Part shown: piece by piece, positions 48,900 through 63,149 of the stretch | How positions within the stretch are numbered: position 1 is the first letter of the stretch | Layout of the letters: each line of letters starts with the position of its first letter | NCBI RefSeq assembly: GCF_001194135.2 | Contig: NC_068987.1 | Span: 89,298,133-89,362,132, forward strand | Origin: Octopus bimaculoides | Lineage: Eukaryota | Reading direction: 5' to 3' | DNA length: 64,000 nt | The notes under the pieces: generated by a model | The model's database searches: none | What the model saw: only the letters and a program-made list of their open reading frames with translations | Told to the model about the DNA's origin: nothing | Made by a program: the position numbers and the translations under genes

Positions 48900-49784
48900 C
48901 ACAGGGTGCTATAGGTAAATTATTGCCATTTAATATTTTTAATTTCGCACATGTGCATTGTTTTTGATTTTGTCAATTACACAGTATGGTAGGGTCAGTT
49001 GGGCACTGTCTGTGAGTAAAACTGCACAATAATGCAATTCATTCTGCCAGAAATTTGGAAATGGCATGCTGTACTGCTTGGCATTTGCACAAGAAGCTCC
49101 AATAGCAACAGATGGTGAATACTCAACAACCGTTGGCCTGCTGTGTCCCCAAAACATGTACTGAGAGTGATAAAAATTAAACATCCAGTCAGCCTCATGG
49201 TGTTTGGAGTGATCACTAGTGATGGTGACGTCATGCCTCCATTTATCTTCCCACATGGCCTTAGACTCAACACAGAGGCCTACAACAAGTGCCTGGAGGA
49301 GGTAGTGTCCTGGATGAAGAGGGTGGCTGCTGGAAGACCCTGTGTCTGGCAACAGGACTCTGCACCATGCCACACAAACAGGAGAACCCAATCATGGGTG
49401 TCAGACAATTTCTGCAACCACATCACCCCTAACATCTGGCCACCTACCTCCCCTGACTGCAACCCTCTTCATTATCATGTGTCCAGCACAGTTGAGTGAG
49501 ACTCAAACAAAACTCCTTGTAACACCAAAGATGAACTGAAGGCAAGGATTATGGCAGCATTCACCAACTTAAACAAGGAGATCATCCAGAAGAGTTGCAA
49601 GAGATTCCAAAGTCGTCTGGAGGCCATGGTTGGAGCCAATGGTGATTGTATTGAATGAATTTACTCTTTAGTATTTCAAGATATTTTAAGTAATTTTGGT
49701 AAACATATCTGCTAAAATGAGATGTCAATGTTATTTTCATTTTTGCGTAATTTAGACAACAATATATTCACTGCATCCTGTGTA
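48900..49784 (+). mobile_element. Internally deleted maT/DD37D-type Tc1/mariner transposon
   Basis: WQQDSAPCHT...WPPTSPDCNPL(H)Y with 37 residues between the second Asp and the mutated third position; C-terminus PCNTKDELKARI...ANGDCIE*; degenerate cacagggtgc / gcatcctgtg TIRs. Confidence 0.85.
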
Positions 49785-49985
49785 TCTATCTATCTATATA
49801 TCATCATCATCGTTTAACGTCCGCTTTCCATGCTAGCATGGGTTGGACGATTTGACTGAGGACTGGTGAAACTGGATGGCAACACCAGGCTCCAATCTAA
49901 TTTGGCAGAGTTTCTACAGCTGGATGCCCTTCCTAACGCCAACCACTCAGAGAGTGTAGTGGGTGCGTTTACGTGTCACCCGCAC

Positions 49986-50020
<35 letters not shown>

Positions 50021-50809
50021 CGAGTAGACAAATGAAAGAAGGGCACCCAACATATTTATTGGGAGTTACATGTATAAATCAAAACAGTTTGATTCAGATT
50101 CCCTAGGAGTCTGTTTTAATCAATATAATCAACTAGTTCCTTCCCCCAAAATTTCAGGCCTTGTGCCTATAGCGAAAGGATTATTATTAGTATTATTATA
50201 TTATTATTCCAGTACCGCCTGACTGGCTTCCGTAGGATTTTCGAGCGAGATCATTGCCAGTGCCCCTGGACTGGCTTATGCGGGTGGCACATAAAAGACA
50301 CCGTTTCGAGCGTGGCCGTTGCCAGTATCGCCTGACTGGCCTTCGTGCAGGTGACACGTAAAAGCACCTACTACACTCTCTGAGTGGTTGGCGTTAGGAA
50401 GGGCATTCAGCTGTAGAAACTCTGCCAAATTTAGATTGGAGCCTGGTGTTGCCATCCGGTTTCACCAGTCCTCAGTCAAGTCGTCCAACCCATGCTAGCA
50501 TGGAAAGCGGACGTTAAACGATGACGATGATGATGATGATGATTAGTATTATTATAATTACTATTACTAATAAGAAGGCAGTATGGTGGCAGAATCGTTA
50601 GCACACTGGGCAAAATGCTTAGTAGTATGTTACGAGTTCAAATTCTGCTGAGGTCGACTTTACCTTTCATCCTTTCACAGTCGATAAAATAAGTACCAGT
50701 TACGCACTGGGGTCAATGTTATCGACTCATTCCCTTCCCCAAAATTGCTGCCCTTGTGGTCAAATACGAAACCATTATTATCATCATCATCATCATCATT
50801 ATTATTATT

Positions 50810-51285
50810 GAGTGAGAGAGCAGTGCATGCCATCAAGGTGACACTGGGGTGAAATATACGAAGCCCATTATACCCATCAGGACTACCTGTCTGATAAGGG
50901 TACACCAGGCACATGCATCACAACCATATGTGCACGACATGGTGATCTCATATCAAATATAAACAGCACATGACCTCGCAGGTGGGGGTCTAGTTAGAAT
51001 TTTCTTCAGGTCGAGTAGCTTATCCTGCTCAAAAGGTCCCTGAATAAGGTTTGTTTAAGGATGTTGAGTAAAACACCCATGTTTCCATAGGTGAATTATT
51101 CAAACCCCAAAGAATTCCTCTCAACACATGGCTATGATGCTCCCCCACTACTTCTGCTCATGATCAGAGATGCACATATCGTCAGCCACCAAGGGACATG
51201 CTCAACTGGTTAAGGTCAAACAACTAACAAGCAAATCTGTGGTATTAAGCAGAATATTTGCTGTAGCCCATCTTTTATACCAAGA
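50810..51285. repeat. Unclassified interspersed repeat between ATT/ATC microsatellites, probably a SINE or LINE tail
   Basis: GC-richer block bounded by microsatellites; family not resolved. Confidence 0.35.
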
Positions 51286-51324
<39 letters not shown>

Positions 51325-54244
51325 TATTATTATTATTATAAAGGCAGGGAGCTGGCAGGGTGGAGAAGAACCAGACAGACTTGAAGGCATAAGAGTTGGG
51401 TAGATGACATGCCATAAGACAGGGTGAGTCGAGACACAGAAGATGGCATCAGCAAGTTATTGTGAAATGCTCTGGAGCCACATCATATATTATCCCAAAG
51501 AAATGCAAATTCCAAAGATGATCTAAAATAGAAATGGAGAGTTCTTGGCAAGTTGAACCCTGGACACAGGAAGGGCACCTGATTGCTGACGACTATGTTG
51601 ATGATGATGATATTGATAATAAGGCAAGTTTATAAATTACATGCAAAGTTGTAATTGTTATTATTAGTATTATTATTATTAAGGTGGTGAGCTGGCAGAA
51701 TTATTAGCATGCTGGGCAAAATGCTAAATGGCATTTCATCCGTGTTACGTCCTGAGTTCAAACTTCACTGATGTCAACTTTGCCTTTTATCATTTCGGGG
51801 TCAATAAATTAAGTACCAGTGAAATACTGGGATCGATGTCATTGACTAGTCCCCTCCCCCAAAATTTCAGGCCTTGTGCCTTTAGTAGAAGGGATTATTA
51901 TTATTTCATGGGTAATAGACCAGTTAGAATGTCAGCTATTTAGTTAAAATACCTTATGCTTTTTTAAAATCCCACCAAGGTGGACTTTGACTTTCCTTCC
52001 AGGTTGACATCACATTTCATCCTTTCTTTTATCATACGTACAACAGTCGATTTAATTGGTAGTTATACTTTTATGAACCAAGATTTGCTAAATCTAACCA
52101 TCACAACTAGTAGAAAGATAACAGGGTAGGTTATAAGGAGGAGGTTTGTTGATTCACTGAAGAGGCTAAACACATGAACAACACATTGAATAGAGGAAAA
52201 GGAAGAAAAAGAAAAGCAACAATTAAATGAAAACACAAAGATTATGGAAAAAAATTATAACAATAATAAATAAATAAAAGAAGACTTTACCTACCCTTTA
52301 TTTTACAAGGCATAATATTTATCAGTTTGTTTTGTGTGAGTTGATTTTGTCCATTCTTCCTGCTATATGTTTCATCTACAGACTCTCTCTAGTCCAAGTT
52401 GCTAGCTTATTCACGTCCGCATAACTGGATTTAATCAACTTGTCTTCATATTTTTAAGAATGTGACTTGAGAACAAGTTTGTACTTGAATTCCAACCTTC
52501 AGTATTTCCCCTGATTTCCTTTTGTGTAATTATAAATGGCACAGCTTGATTTCGTTGCAACATTCTTATAGTTAGTTACCAACATTTGTCAACAGATTTA
52601 TATGAATAATTGGTGAACTCATAACGAGCTATTATCTCTTGTTCTTTATTAGTTTTTCATTAGCTGTACTGCTTCAGGTTTGGTGTAGGGTTTGCCAACT
52701 TATACAACAAATCCTTACATTAGTTTAATTCATCTTGATATATACATTTACATACAAACACGCACAGACATATATATATATATATGTGTGTGTGTACAGA
52801 GGTTTATTTTAAGGTAGTGATCCAACCAATCAGGTTGTTGAATTTGCTGTTCTCAGCAGTGACTGCAGTCTGTATTAATAATTATTGAACAACAGCTTCT
52901 GTTGGGAGAACAGCAAGACTGAGTGAATGTGGCTGTCAATGTATGTGTAGACGTATGAAGGTGGATGTGTATTTATATATGTGTGTGTTAAGGTATATGT
53001 ATTAAGGTGTATGTGTGTTTGCATGTAGAACAATAGCTGTGATATATAATAATAATAATCATATATATATATAAAGTAATATGTGCCTGTATGTGTTTAG
53101 CTGTAAAAACAGTGTGTTAGTAAGGCTTATGGTTGTTTAGCCCTAGGTCAGCCTCGATGTACCTTTTCTTTGACCAGAAGCATTCCACTTGTGAGTATCA
53201 GTCTTTTTGTACATCTGGGACTAAATTTTCTAGTGTGTCCTTCTATTTTAAGATAATAGAGTGCAATCTGAGGAAATATGGCTGCTATTTCTAGAAGATC
53301 ATGTGGTCAAGTAGAAGCTCCCTTGTAGCAGTGATAGTAGTAACAGTTAGTGTGGCAGAAGTGGTATAATGGTGTTAACTAGTAGTTAGTATTGATTTGT
53401 TTTATGAGCCATGGATGAATGAGTTGATGGAGTCTGTGAAACAACCAGCCCAGAGATTGAATGGACGTTCATTTCCTGTCCCTGGCATTGAGCTGAATCC
53501 TTGTCCAGGACTCTTTCTCATAAATGACTCAGTCCATTTAGCTGTAAGTAGGTACCATGGCTCACTGCACTGGTGAAGTCAATGAGAATGTTTTGCTTGC
53601 TTGCTCTATTGGAGGAGTGGGGGGTCTTTTTGTGGGTTTAGGTGAAAAGCACATGGCCTGGTGGTTAGGGTGGTGCACTCATGATTCTAAGATCATGGGT
53701 TCAGTTCCTGGACTGGGTGGTGCATTGTGTTCTTGAGCATTTCACATTACTCCAGTCCACTAACCATTAAATGAGGAACCCTGTGTCCAGCTGGTGACCC
53801 TCTCAGAGGGAACATTGTGATTTCAGTCACTTATTTACTATAGAAACCGGGTGACCGACCCTGTGAGTCTGAGGACTTGAGACAGTCCAGGAGTGATGAT
53901 GATGATGATGATGGTGGTTGTGGTGAGCTTAAGCCATGATAATCGTGCTTATAATGTAACCTTTCCTTCAATTCCATCACCACCACCACCATCACCACAG
54001 CCACCTTCATCCTTAGTAGATTTGATAATAAACTGTTTTTCTTTTGATGAGACACTGATAATTTTGAAAAAGAAAAAGAGAAAACCAGTATAACTAATTT
54101 TCATGACACTCATATATTACTGGTATTTGTTTCAACAGCTCTGCGAATGAAGAGAAGTAGAACTGTTGCTGATGTGATCTGAGAATGGTATATATGAACC
54201 GTCTGCAAGTGTGTCATAAGTCTTTGAGGTGAGTAGGAAAAATG

Positions 54245-54620
54245 CTAGAATATTTAATAATAATAATAATAATAATAAAATTATTGTGTACAGTGCTCAG
54301 GTGCACTACAACTCATTAAAGGTGTATGTATGGTACATAGAGTTATGTACAAAAGTCAGGAAAGTGAACAGTATATGAGTCATTATATACATGTGTGCAT
54401 GTGTATGGAGGCGGAGATGTCAGGTGTAGTGTTGGCGAATTTCAGGAATCATGGAGGTTTTCGAGGATGCAATGTCTCGGCAACTAACAACTGATGCAAG
54501 TAGTTTGTTCCATGCTTCAGCAACTCTGAGAATGAAAAAAATGTTTCTGAAAATCATGGGAGCTGTGATGCTTTCTGACTTTGTTGGCATGCCCACATGT
54601 GTCAGACACATGGAGCTCAA
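54245..54620 (-). mobile_element. CR1-group LINE 3' end
   Basis: RNIFFILRVAEAWNKLLASVVSC (R..FF..RV...WN.LP motif), 3' UTR shared with 14570-14778, (ATT)n tail. Confidence 0.8.
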
Positions 54621-56169
54621 AAACATGCTCAGATTGCCTTGGCTTTGTTATCTTATTTCATTTAACAAACACGCACTCACACATTCACATACCTCTCCCT
54701 TTTACATGCACACACATACATTCACACAGAGCTGAAACGCTGTCTGATTTATTTTTTCAGCGTACAATTTTTATCATCCCACTACCAAGTATGACATCAC
54801 CCCTTCCTTCCTTATTCATCTATCACCGCTTCCTTTCTCATTCATAAACACAAGAGTATTATTATAGTAGATTATCTCGGTAACCATGGGAGCTATGAAA
54901 AAGTACAAAGCCCAGCAACACCACTGGATCATTCTACACATCTGTGTAATTTTTCACACAATTCCCCCAGCCGTTTGACCGTGAATCCCAAGACAAGAAT
55001 GAACTTCCCCTGTCAAATTTATATGTATAGATAAAAGAATGGATTATTCATTTATAAGGTATAAATAAAGAGCAGAGGAGAGAGTATTTTTTGTCTTGTG
55101 TTTTAGCATTTCACAGTGAGAATCAAAAAAAAAGAAACGCAAGTATAAAATGGAAGCTTATTAGTTTTAAAAATATCAGTGAAAATCAATAGCCTATGAA
55201 GGGCATAGGGGCACAGCAAGAGATACAACCTTTTCCCAACATCTCTTTTGGTCATCAGCCAAACTTCAGGTTTTCCACCATCTGCCTGTCTGTCCAATTT
55301 TTGAGGTTGTTCAACCATTCATTTTATGCTCTTTTAATGATGGTTTGTTCATGCATGACCATCAAATATGTATAGCGATTTCTTACATTGGAACAATGCC
55401 ACTAATTCAGAAAGCATAGTGAATTGGTACTTCCACTCAAGGAATGAAATGTAAAATCAGCTGAATAGGATTGAAGCTCAAACCCTAAAGAAAAATGGTT
55501 ATAGACTGCAAAAATTTTCCTACCATTAATACTGCTCTTCAAATAAATAAATGCATACATGCACTGCATCATATTACTTGCATACACATGTGCAAACATG
55601 CATACATCTGTACATACATCTCCACCTCCTATGAGACTCGTTTGACCCGAAGACCCCTTTAAACTCCAGAAATGAGATCTACAGTCCTTGTCCGCATCTT
55701 AAACGTTACCTGCTGCAAGTATGTGATTTCCCGTTCGTTGATTAGGGTCATATAAAAAATAGTTGCGGACACAAACCAACCTAAGGGTGGTAATCCCCCT
55801 TCATCGCTTAGGGCCGTAAAAATTTGCTAATTCGGACCGGTCTTAGGGTGATAACCCGTCCCACTTAAGGCTCAAACAATATATTTGATTGTTTACAAAA
55901 TTTACTGATCGTAATGGTTTTCTATCTCCAGTTTGAAAAGAGGTTATATGTCCGTGGCTATTGGAGTCTGAGGAGTTGTCTGTTAGGCTTAGCACTTTAT
56001 AGAAGTGGAACCATTGGTCACTCTATGATGGAGGTAAATATACAGTCTTGGTCAGTTTGATGGTGAAAAATATTGGAAGGGAAAGAAGAGTTGCTACCCC
56101 TTGTACAGTTCCAGCAGTGGTCAAAATGGGTCAGCTGTGCCTGCATATGACTTTTCCATTCTCAAGTCT

Positions 56170-56650
56170 GCAAACAAATAAACCACTTTTTCAAAATTAA
56201 TTTTTTGTCATAGGGGCAGCAGCTAAACATTTCACTCTTTGAAATCAGGAAGACAACTGGATTGTGTGAATTTTTTTTGTGTCATTGTCCTTTCAGGTAA
56301 GACTCAGGTTGTTCCAGCAGCTTCCTGCTAATTTTATATGGCATTTACTCTTTTTAATTGCCATATATAGCTAGCTAATATTGTAATGTTGTGCTTCTCT
56401 GAGATCCTAAAAGACCTGTGATTATTTAGCCTGGCCTTAAATGGGTTGTCCTTTGCTCCAACATATTTCTTCGTACGTGTGTGTGTGAGAGAGAGAGAGA
56501 GAGTCCTTTCATTACTGCTGCTACTGTTGGACACCATCTCTGCTTCATAGACCACAGCTTCAGTGTTGCATTGACCATTCACAGAGTACTCACTGCTAGC
56601 CCTACGTGAGCATCCTGCTTCTGTACTGGGCAAAGGATTTTCACTAATAT
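56170..56650 (-). mobile_element. Penelope-like element, GIY-YIG endonuclease remnant
   Basis: NGQCNTEAVVYEAEMV...KKYVGAKDNPFKARLNNHRSF...ILASYIWQLK matches PLE VVY..YVG..R..NH..YIW.LK motifs; interrupted by (GA)n. Confidence 0.8.
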
Positions 56651-57351
56651 CCTTTCTGTATGTGTGAGAGAAAGATAGAGAATGTGTATGTGTGTGTATT
56701 ATCATCATCATCTCTTAAGCTTTTTCTTCCATGCTGGTAAGGCCTGGATGGTTTGACAGAATTTGACAGGTTGGAGGACTATCTCATACTCAAACAATTA
56801 CTTCAGCATAGTTTCTATGGTGGGATGTCCTTCCTATTTATTTCTTTATTGCCCACAGGGGTCTAAACATAGAGGGGACAAACAAAGGGTTTTAAGTCGA
56901 TTACATTGACCCCAGTGTATAACTGATACTTATTTAATTGACCCTGAAAGGATGAAAGGCAAAGTCGACCTCGGTGGAGTTTGAACTCAGAACATGACAA
57001 CAGACAAAATACCACTAAGTATTTCACCTAGCATGCTAATGATTCTGCCAGCTAGCAAGTCAGAAAAATATGCCTAGTTTTGTCTGCTTTGGTATGGTTT
57101 CTACAGCTGGATACCCTTCCTAATGCCAATCACTTTATATACACACACACACACGTGTGTGTGTGTGTATANNNNNNNNNNNNNNNNNNNNNNNNNNNNN
57201 NNNNNNNNNATTTCACCTAGCATGCTAATGATTCTGCCAGCTAGCAAGTCAGAAAAATATGCCTAGTTTTGTCTGCTTTGGTATGGTTTCTACAGCTGGA
57301 TACCCTTCCTAATGCCAATCACTTTATATACACACACACACACATATATAT

Positions 57352-57900
57352 GTACAAGGTCTGATCAAAAGGTGTTGGGACTGGTGCCTTAAAAAGAAAA
57401 CTTCAACATATTTCAATTTGGCATTGAATCCCCTTTGAAGTGTTCCCCTTTTGAAGCTGCACATTTTATCCAGCATCATTTTCATTGATGGAAATATTCC
57501 TGGAACTTCTTTGTTCATCACATTCCCTTGGATTTCCTCAATGTCTTAAAAATCTTGTTGCGGTGGGGGTCTTCTACTGTGAAGACTGAGCCTTGGTTAT
57601 GGAGTTATAGCCATTGACACCTGACACCTTTTGTCACCTGTTATGACCATTTTCAAACGTTTTCCATCTTCCTTGACACAAACAAGGAGATCCTTCACAC
57701 CTGTGACCTGATCTTCATCTTGAGACAATCACTCTCTACACACCTTATTTCCAAGCACTGCTATAAACAATGGAAATGAGCGAGAATATTATAACTTAAT
57801 GTATGCGTGTGACAGAGTTCAAGGTGAATCGGTACCGAGTAGCTTCACACTGCATATTTTACCTCTGTTACCATAGCAACAATCTCACTACATTTTGATT
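57352..57900 (-). mobile_element. Degenerate non-autonomous mariner
   Basis: TA-caaggtctgatcaaaagg terminus and decayed transposase C-terminal sequence on the minus strand. Confidence 0.6.
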
Positions 57901-58159
57901 TATATCATCCTTATCCGCATCCTCATCATTTAATGACTGTTTTCCATGCTGGCATGGGTTAGACTGTTTGACTGGAGCTAGTAAGCTGCACCAAGCTCAA
58001 GATGTGTATTTTGTCTTGGTTTCTTTGGATGGGTGCCCTACCTAACATGCCCACCACTTTATAGAGCATAGTGGGTGCCTTCTACGTGTTACTGGCATTG
58101 GTGCCTTTCATGTGTCACAGGCACAGGTGCCTCTTATGTGTCACCAGCACTGGTCAGCT

Positions 58160-58560
58160 AGATAAACAGACAGACTGATAGAAAGAAAAATAGATAGATA
58201 GATAGAAAGACTAATAGATAAACAGACAGACAGCTAGCTAGATAGATAGATAGGTGGACGGCCGACCGGACAGACAGATAAATAGATAGATAGATTGACA
58301 GACAGACAGAGATAAAGAGACAGAGACAGACAGATGGCTAGCTAGCAAGCTAGATAGATAGATAGACAGACAGACAGGTAACTAGATAAATAGACAAATA
58401 GATGGACAAACAGAGACAGATAGATTATTATGTACTTCACCAGGCATGAGATAACTTATCNNNNNNNNNNNNNNNNNNNNNNAGCAAGCTAGATAGATAG
58501 ATAGACAGACAGACAGGTAACTAGATAAATAGACAAATAGATGGACAAACAGAGACAGAT
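58160..58560. repeat. (GATA/GACA)n tetranucleotide satellite
   Basis: Directly visible. Confidence 0.95.
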
Positions 58561-58844
58561 AGATTATTATGTACTTCACCAGGCATGAGATAACTTATCT
58601 ATAAATTCCTTGAAGTACCGAACAAATAGTTAGAGATTTATTAATGCTATGACAAAAATATCTGTATGAAGGAAATAGAACAAGATGCAGGAACCTTGAA
58701 TTTATCATAAAAAGTGGACATGGAGGTTTGTCTGTATGTAAATATATGTGTATGTAGATATATCATATGTGTGTGTGTGAAAGTGCTTGTGTGCGTGCAT
58801 GCGCGCACGTGTGTGTGTGTGTGTACATGCACACATATATATAC

Positions 58845-59310
58845 AAGTTTGGTTTCCCCCAAAAGATGGTCAGAGTAATAAAATCATTCCACAATGCTAT
58901 AATGGTTTCCATGATGAAAAGTAGTTCAGTTGCTGATTATTTCCATGTAAAGATTATTTCCATGTAAAGCTCTGTAATGGTCCTTGTATTATTTGCTATC
59001 TATTTCTCAGCCTTGCTGCAAAGTGCATCTAGGAATATCGATGAAATTGTGCATATCCAATTTCGGTCAGAACCAGAACCAAAGTCAGGGAACAACTTCT
59101 GTGAGCGTTTGCATTTGCAGATGGTTGTGCTTTGATTGCACTTTCACAGAACATCTGCTAAATTCTTTGGTCAAACCATCAGCTTGAAGAAGACCGAGGT
59201 TTTGCACAAGCCAGTACCTGGCCGCCTGAACAGGATCCTATTGTCCTAAATGCTGTGCCAAAATTTTGCTACTTGGAAAGCATTCTGTCAAATAATATCT
59301 AGCCTTGTGT
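58845..59310 (+). mobile_element. RTE (BovB-like) reverse-transcriptase fragment
   Basis: KFGFPQKMVRVIKSFH...LFAIYFSALL...FAFADGCAL...FGQTISLKKTEVLH...FCYLGS-like motifs with frameshifts. Confidence 0.8.
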
Positions 59311-59466
59311 CTATGTTAGAAACCATTATGCTTAAAATTTGTATAATTTCTTAAATTCCACTGTCTAGTTAATGTTAACGACCTAATTCTTGAACTACTA
59401 TCATTATTTAAAAAATACCGATTTTGTCTTTAGGCGCGTTCCATAAACAAGCTGGTGAAAAAGGCG

Positions 59467-59713
59467 GGTACTACTAAAGCAGCACGGTCCCGAACGCGCA
59501 GTCGCGCTAGCTAGTCGTGAGTAGTCGATCCTAGCCCTGTCCCTAACCCTAACCCTGTCCCTAACCCTATCCCTAACCCTAACCATATCCCTAACCCGCG
59601 TTTGTAAATGAATACGTGTTTAGGGTTAGGGTTAAGGTTAGGATCGACCACTCACGACTAGCTAGCGCGGACACGCGACGGCGAGTTCGGGACCGTGCTG
59701 CTTTAGTAGTACC
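59467..59713. mobile_element. 247-bp Merlin-type MITE with internal opposed telomeric repeats and 8-bp TSD
   Basis: Perfect 29-bp TIR ggtactactaaagcagcacggtcccgaac; AAAAGGCG at 59459-59466 and 59714-59721; (CCCTAA)-like 59531-59597 and (TTAGGG)-like 59620-59642. Confidence 0.88.
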
Positions 59714-62700
59714 AAAAGGCGTAACGCTTACATTATATTGTAATTAACGAAATAATATAGATTATATAGGGGCATAACTACAGATGTGTGTCCTTTCATT
59801 GACTTTGTTTCTTTATGACTTTCTGAAAAATGCATATTTTTTAATGAAATTTTCAACAAACATGTTTGAGATTATGTGGATTACGATTATGTCGGAAGTG
59901 TAAAAAAAAAAAAAAGATTGGGGTAGGGGTCAGAAAAATCACACACCCAGTCTTTATTTCCTCTTACGTTCAAATGAGATGTAGGAATAAACCAAACCCT
60001 TTTTGTTTCTCCATCAAAATCCGATATACACCATGTGAAACTGTATTAAAAAAAGAAATATTCATTTTTCATAAAGTTATAAGAAATCAAAATCGATGAT
60101 GGACGGGGTACACAACTGTATTTATACCGATTATATTTAGCTTTAATAACGTACTTAGTTTATTAAAAACGAATCGTCGTCTTTTTTATGTTTGTTTTTG
60201 CAATNNNNNNNNNNNNNNNNNNNNNNNNNNNNNNNNNNNNNNNNNNNNNNNNNNNNNNNNNNNNNNNNNNNNNNNNNNNNNNNNNNNNNNNNNNNNNNNN
60301 NNNNNNNNNNNNNNNNNNNNNNNNNNNNNNNNNNNNNNNNNNNNNNNNNNNNNNNNNNNNNNNNNNNNNNNNNNNNNNNNNNNNNNNNNNNNNNNNNNNN
60401 NNNNNNNNNNNNNNNNNNNNNNNNNNNNNNNNNNNNNNNNNNNNNNNNNNNNNNNNNNNNNNNNNNNNNNNNNNNNNNNNNNNNNNNNNNNNNNNNNNNN
60501 NNNNNNNNNNNNNNNNNNNNNNNNNNNNNNNNNNNNNNNNNNNNNNNNNNCTTAATGCTGCCGATTTTAAGTTTTTAAAATCATCTTTGTCCTAAAGACA
60601 TAAATCTGGAAATCGCCCTTGTGAAAGTATGCAATCTACATTGAAATATACATCTCTGATGTGTGCAGTTTTCATTTGAATATTAATTTGAAATGAAAAT
60701 GTGAATTATTTCAATATTTAGGTCGGAATTATTATTTAAGAAATCTGTAATATTGTATTTTAATTATTGATATTTCCAATACATTGATGCGATTCCTAGC
60801 TGTAGCCACATGTAACTGTTTTATGACCAGAAACTGGAAACTAGAACAAAAGTGTTTAAACCACAAATGGTTTTTTTAGGTTAATTTAGTAGATTTAGTT
60901 TGTTTCGCAGGTTCGATTTAACTTTTATCGAATATATTGCAACTGTTTCAGTAGTTGGTTTGCCATGAATCGAAAATTATAAAACTTTATCCTGTTAGAT
61001 AAGAAGTTAATGCAAACGATTTTTAAAAAAATGAGCTCTTATGAAGCCAGCGTTATCATGAGTCTCTTGACATATTTAGTTACAATGAAGAAGAGGTGGA
61101 AAGGTTTAGCAGACATAGGAGTTAGGTGGAATCTCGACAGCTCTCAGCGAAACTCTGCCGAATATGGTATTAGATAGGGATTGATTGGCATTTAATTGAG
61201 CACTTGTTAAATAACCGTTTAAGTTTAAAATTGGAGAATCCAGTGAGGTAGATTTCTAAGCGATCGTTCGATCTGCTAGATATAACAGCTAGATTCCCCT
61301 CGATAATGTCTTAAAGTAAGAAAAGTGCGTTGAACTTATGCAGTTTAACAGCGCCATCTGGTCTTTGGATGTCTTTAGTAACATCTATTGTTGCAAATAT
61401 TCAAAGTGTCTGATCTGATTGTTTCTCCCAGCATTCCTCCCTGTCTCTGAGACCCCATTAAAAGGTCATGGGCCTGTCCTTTCTCATGTGACTTAATGAA
61501 ATATAAAGACTCCAGTCACGCTGCTAGAACGCGGCGTGACGAGTCATACAACTGCTCACAATCTGGGTTAACCTGAGAATTAAGAGGGAATCCAACAAGA
61601 TCAATATTTCTGATATATATGGGTGATGGTTTGAAAATATATGAGAGCCTATAAGCCTCAAAATTTTAATCTGAGAACAATTGAGAGAACTGGATTTTCA
61701 CAGGACAGTAGTGATGGGCGATCTTTAGACTGAAAGATTGACTCATATAATAATACTTAGAGCATTATCTTAGTATCGCAACGAGTAAAGTATCAGATCC
61801 AACAAATTGGGGACAAAGTAGGTGTCCATTGGTTGGAATTCGTTATTTAAACCTAAGAAATAACTAGCATTCGTGATCCTTTATAAATTCTAAACCAGAA
61901 TACAATACGAACAAGAACGTCATTAAATTTTCTCGTGTAACAAAAAATAATGCTTTAAATATCTATATTTAATTTTTTTAATGTATAAAATATGTAATTA
62001 TATAAAATATATATTAAGCAAAGATAATATTGTTTGATCGAATATAAAGATCAACTCTACAGCATTCGTGTATTGGTGACTAAACACGTAATCATGTTTT
62101 TCACAAAGAATATGTTGAAGTCGCGACTGTACTGGGCGAAACAATATTGTTACATATATATATATGTGCGTGTATGTGTGAATCAGTTTTGGTTGGTTTC
62201 TTTTTTTGTTTTTTGTTTCTTTGCATTGAGAAAATTAAATGAAGTTCATGTTTGAAGTATTATTGTATTCTGGTTTCGGTATTTCTTCTGAGTTTCTGCT
62301 CTTAACACGAGGGATCGCTTCAGTTTTCTTTGTCTGTTTTCGATGGTCACTGATCAAACAGATCTACTACTGTATGTAGGAAATGGGTTGCTCTACCGTC
62401 TCAGGTCAACTGGGTAGAGTAACCTGCTCGACGAAGTATCACTCCAGATCCTCATCTATATCGTGTTTCCTTATGGCCGAGGACCACATTTCGACATACA
62501 GAGCAGAATTACATGTATATAATAGTCTAGACACGTTGCACTCTCTACATTCATAGATTCTAGTGCGTGCCACAGTGTCAAGAGTGGGTGAAGTGGACTT
62601 ATTTCTTATTCCTCTCTACGTGTTAGTACGCTCCTGTTACAGTATTAGGGTCTAGTGAGCTATATCTATGCATTACAGCTATATCTGTTCATTACATTCT

Positions 62701-63149
62701 TTATGCTTGTTTAGGCTGAATGGAGGAAACAGTATTTTAAGATGTTGTAGCAGTCTTTTGGAGGGATTTCAAGATTTTTTTTTTTTTTGTAGTGACGGAC
62801 AGGGCTTGTGTTGAAGCTTGCTGTAGAATCATTCTGTGTCCGTCACATGTCTAAGAAGTCTTTTAGTTTTAATATTTTGGAGCTACTACAGTTTTGCACG
62901 ACATCTGTTACGTTTTTCGTTTGTCACCTAACAATTCCGCTTTTTTTTTAAAGACTTTTTTACTTGACGCCCACCTGTATGACGCTGCAGAATTCCTTTG
63001 GCCATTCGACCTGTTAGAAATAGCAGTCATATCTTCCTCAAAATAGTTCGAGTCGCTTTTATTTTACAATTGGCTTTAATTTCCTGTAGAAACTACTCAT
63101 CTGAATGTTACCCTCCTGTCATTCTTTGTTGAGCACCTTTAACAGACTT

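Noticed and set aside
57021-57345. Exact ~140-bp tandem duplication
   Set aside because: Identical copies on either side of a short N gap; typical unmerged contig overlap.
58345-58600. Exact ~115-bp duplication in the GATA satellite
   Set aside because: Straddles a 22-N gap; assembly artefact.
59531-59642. True telomere or chromosome-fusion scar
   Set aside because: Short degenerate tracts enclosed by TIRs and an 8-bp TSD, so part of a MITE.
12476-60595. Long ORFs containing X runs
   Set aside because: Produced by translating through N gaps.
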